DNA from: Chromera velia
Lineage: Eukaryota
DNA length: 57,239 nucleotides
Assembly: GCA_018398765.1 (NCBI GenBank)
Contig: JAHBMJ010000094.1
Location: 1 to 57,239, forward strand
Reading direction: 5' to 3'
Position 1 is the stretch's first letter. Each line of letters begins with the position of its first letter. The notes beneath the pieces are model-generated. The model was not told the DNA's origin, searched no databases, and saw only the letters and a list, made by a program, of their open reading frames with translations. A program made the position numbers and the translations under genes. Of the stretch, positions 53,675 to 57,239 are shown one piece after another.

Positions 53675-54985
53675 CTAGTATAAAATGGATATCTATAGAC
53701 ATATGATGATACAACAGCCTGAGATAGTGACATAGCAGATAGTGACACATGGCATCATAGTATGAACATTTCCTATATGGAGATCTCAATAAATTTATCA
53801 AATAAAAAATTTATAAATCAATTTATACATAAATTGAATTAAATTTACGGAGTGAATTTACGTAGTACGTTAAATTAAGTGAATTTGCAAACGAATTTTA
53901 AGGAATTTGAGGCCCTTACGGCCTAGTTCAATTAACAAAAAAGTACGGGAAAGAAAAAAAAAAAAGAGAAAAAAAAGGAAAAAGACGAGAAGAGCAGTGG
54001 AACAAACAAATAAGGAGAGACAGAAAAAGGCATGCAATGCGGGACGACGGGGAATGTAAGACGGGGAAGGATGGATGGATGTGTAGGAACTTAGGAAGAC
54101 GATGAATGAACTGTTGACAAATGCATCAAATGAATTTCAGGAAGTTCGCTCTCAATCAGTACGGTATGCGAGTACATATGTGTGCTGCTAAATGTCGGTC
54201 AGTCCGTTCACTTCTCTCCTCATGTCGACTGCAACAAATTTACCAAAAACCTCCGAGCCAATTACTTCCATTCCGTGGTGGATGCTCACCTGAACAGGAC
54301 CCATTCAATGAATTCATTTGAGAGGTAACTAAAGACTCTTGTCAAAGCCGTTATCTGTACAGTCTCTCTTGGGATTAGAGAAGANTGCTGCAGTCATCTC
54401 TGAAACAAAAAAGCGCCCCACGTTCCTCAGAAGAGGGGAGCACAGCGAATTAGATGTGCTTGCCATGTGCACGGATGCAACAGAAAAAGCAATAGAAAAA
54501 ACCCAATGAGGGCCCCATCGATTCTGCTTTCCCCTCTCCCCCGTTTATCCCGACAAAACAACCCATGCTGACATCGTACAAAGGAATGAAACCCCGAGGT
54601 TTCCTTGGTGGTTGGTTGACTCCCCCCCCCTCCTCTTCACCTCAACTACACGCCCCCTTTCGGCCTTCCTCTGTCCTAATTGAGTCCTTATAGAAGAAGA
54701 CGAAATGCCACTTGACAGCCAGATCTTGACGCTTAAGAAAAAGAGAACGAAACGGAAACCTATTCGGCAATTCCTCCCAGCTACACGGCATGTCCGTCGT
54801 CCGTAGTCACGGAGAGAATGACAGACAGAGAGGCAGAGAGACCCTTTACAGACAGACAAAGAGGTCTGGATAATCCTATCGCATGGATCTGTCCTGACGA
54901 GCATCGCCGCTTGCCTGCCTCTTCACAGGCAGACTGCGTCTTGTTCGCCGTCTCCAGTTGCCTGCATGTCCCCGTCTCCCAAAGC

Positions 54986-55267
54986 TCAAACCCGTATCCC
55001 CTTTTTTGCCAAAGCCGCTCGTGCCATTTCGACATCCTTCGCCAGCTCAACCGCTGCTTCAGGATGGACCTGAAAGCTGAGGAGCCGCATCCCGATCGCG
55101 TACAGCGAGAACGTTCCGAACAGCATCACACAGTACAAAGGAGACACAGACCACCAGAAGTGGAACAAATCGCCTGCAGGCGGAAGAAAATCTTTTGCGA
55201 AGAGACCACAAATCCAAATGAGAGTCAGGGGGACGAAACAAGCGAGGAATGCTGTCCCTCTTGACAT
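54986..55267 (-). CDS. DPM3: Dolichol-phosphate mannosyltransferase subunit 3
   Basis: 93-aa ORF with two TM segments, then PLY.VMLFG.FSL..IG..L.SF...PEAAVELAKDVEMARAALAKKG, the characteristic DPM3 C-terminal coiled region. Confidence 0.9.
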   Translation of the reverse strand: MSRGTAFLACFVPLTLIWICGLFAKDFLPPAGDLFHFWWSVSPLYCVMLFGTFSLYAIGMRLLSFQVHPEAAVELAKDVEMARAALAKKGIRV

Positions 55268-55842
55268 GGCGACAAACTCCCCTCGGTTTTGGTCCTCTAC
55301 TGTCAGCCCACCCGGCTCTCTCTGCTCAGATCATCCTGTTGATCTAGTCCTCAAGCAACAGTCTGCCGGCTATACAGACGTCTCAATCTTTCTCACCCAT
55401 TATCAAGCTTGATGACAACCAGTCATGAAGAACATTGTCGGGCTGGGTGCTTGCAGACAAAAAATGGAAGCTCCGCCTATGGACCCGACGTAAGGTCGAA
55501 GTTTGGCCACATTCAAAGATCTTCAAACTTGGGACCCGATCAACTCCGGTATACTCCGGTTGGAGAATGCATGGCGCAATTTTTTTGTATAGCTAGTGGC
55601 GCGCGGGGCGCAGTGCGCGCGAAAACTCGCGTCATAGAGGATTAAATCATTTTGTAAATTGCGGCAAGCCAAGACAGTCCGGGATTGACTCCTTTCAATT
55701 CAAAGCTCGGGGGGGTTCTTGTATGGAAGGGGGAGGCAGTCAGACAGCTTTATGGACACACAACGACATCTTCATTTTGCCCGATCGGCCCTCTCGATCG
55801 AAAGGTTCCTATGTAATTGGTCGGAGACTTGATCGTATCCAG
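55268..55842. promoter_or_regulatory. Putative bidirectional promoter/5'UTRs (DPM3 / ISP-like)
   Basis: 575 bp between divergent ATGs (using ATG 55843); GC-rich core ~55598-55632 containing GCGCGAAA. Confidence 0.5.
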
Positions 55843-57239
55843 ATGGTGTTCTGCAGGTGTTGCATAGCCGACCGAAACAACACAGACGCCAATGAGTTTG
55901 TGTGTGTTCAGCAGACCCGGCACAATTCTCTCCATGACCTCTACCACCCCCCAGCAGAGCCTGTGCGAAGAAAACCGTACAGTCCCCAACAACTGGGACG
56001 TCTGGATGAGTTAGACCAGACGTACCAACCCAGGGTCCTCGCGTACAACTTCAAAGAGAACAGACTCCTCGAGGAACCCTCAGGATCACACACACCCAGG
56101 GGAACAGATGAACCTCTCGACCCAGCTGCACAATCCGCCTACCCCCTCTCTGCGCGATCTGTCCCTGCACGGAAGAGCAGAAACGTCACTCCCACCAGAG
56201 GCATCGGAGACGTCTTCTCCTCCTCTTCCTCCCGTCCTCCTGTTGTGCCCGATTCCTTCCTTTCCCAGAGACCCATGGAGGTCCCCCCTTGGCTAAGCAG
56301 GGAGGCAGAGGAGGTACCCATGAGGGAAGGAGGCAAGCCCGACCCCTCCCGTCTGCGCTCTCTGTACAGCGACTTCCTGGACCACTTCGTGCAGGAACTT
56401 CAAGAGGGAGTGCACCTGACCCAGATGTTGGCCTTCGATGAGTTTCAGGACTGTCACGTGGTCCTTGAGGGACACGGCCAGTCACAGGGACACTCTCTCT
56501 CACAAACACGAGGAGGGGGGGCACCGGGAGGGGTGCTGAGGGTAGACAACAAGAGCGGCAGGGCGTACGATTTCCGACTGTCCAAGATTTTGAAGTTGAT
56601 CAAAATGCGCATCGATGAAACGAATAGACCCAGGTGAGCAGACAGACGCAACAGTCGTCTTCCTCAAGATGAAGCGCAAGATGTAGCCCGGGAGGGATTT
56701 TTTTCGCTTTGCTTTGTAATGTCGATTCTAAGAAGCGCCTTTTTTGAAAAGAGCCAGCCGAGCATTCTTTCGTTACGGTTCCCCACACCCTTCTGTACAC
56801 ACACCCCGACTCTGTTCGGACAGTATTGTAGCTGTTGAGAGGGCAGACAGAGCTTGTTGGAGCACCTTCTGGCTAGTCTGATCATGTCTGTAGCCCCCCA
56901 GGGTGGCCTGCCTGACGCATGCATGGAATAATTGTTTTGCATCTCCCAGACTTCCTCTCTTCGTTGGATCTTTCCGAGTCCCTTCCTCGGGCAGATTCTT
57001 TCCTTCAAACCAGTATGTCGATCTGCTTGTTGCTGTCTATCTGGATGAATGCCCCCCATGCTTGCAGGTACATCACCTACGACCACGCACGTCCCCCTGC
57101 CGTAGTGCAACCCGACACGACGGTTGACTTTGTGGTGCTCATGGGTTTCGCTGGGCGGCGGATCGCATTCTCTTTCCCGACTGCAGACGACATGGAGAGG
57201 TTCCACACAGGAATCCTGCTGCTGGCATTGGGAACGGGT
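55843..57239 (+). CDS. Putative palmitoylated PH-fold protein resembling alveolate IMC sub-compartment (ISP-like) proteins; 3' end outside the window
   Basis: Exon 55843-56633 (an upstream in-frame ATG at 55723 is possible) splices in phase 2 to 57068-end. Starts MVFCRCC. C-terminal FVQELQEGVHLTQML...CHVVL...LRVDNKSGRAYDFRLSKI...VVLMGFAGRRIAFSFPTADDMERFHTGILLL has a PH-like beta-sandwich plus helix pattern. Family assignment is from memory only. Confidence 0.6.

Overview
Eukaryotic, intron-rich, microsatellite-laden genomic DNA, most likely from a photosynthetic alveolate. A chromerid such as Chromera is inferred from Phe-motif bipartite plastid leaders, an ISP-like protein, TGCATGCA motifs and GTCAGT donors; this was not verified by search. 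The ORF track is mostly spurious because the real genes are spliced. Nine genes were reconstructed by hand: mitochondrial-type 2-methylcitrate dehydratase PrpD (-, runs off the left edge, needs a 4-nt microexon), a ~690-aa plastid-targeted NusG-like protein (+), a Rid/YjgF protein (-), Ran (+), a ~920-aa plastid-targeted Era GTPase (-), a 4-TM protein (-), an acylated MORN-repeat protein (+), DPM3 (-), and an ISP/PH-like protein (+, runs off the right edge). Three head-to-head pairs have almost identical ATG-to-ATG spacing (571-593 bp). Intergenic islands hold decayed mobile DNA: an internally deleted hAT element with TIRs and 8-bp TSD, a hAT-type non-autonomous element carrying a nested LTR element, a second LTR-like element, a CRE-like non-LTR fragment and an LRR pseudogene. 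The most striking signal is that repeat copies differ almost only by C>T/G>A transitions at CpG and CpA/TpG sites, which suggests a RIP-like or methylation-driven repeat-hypermutation process. All alignments and counts were made by eye.
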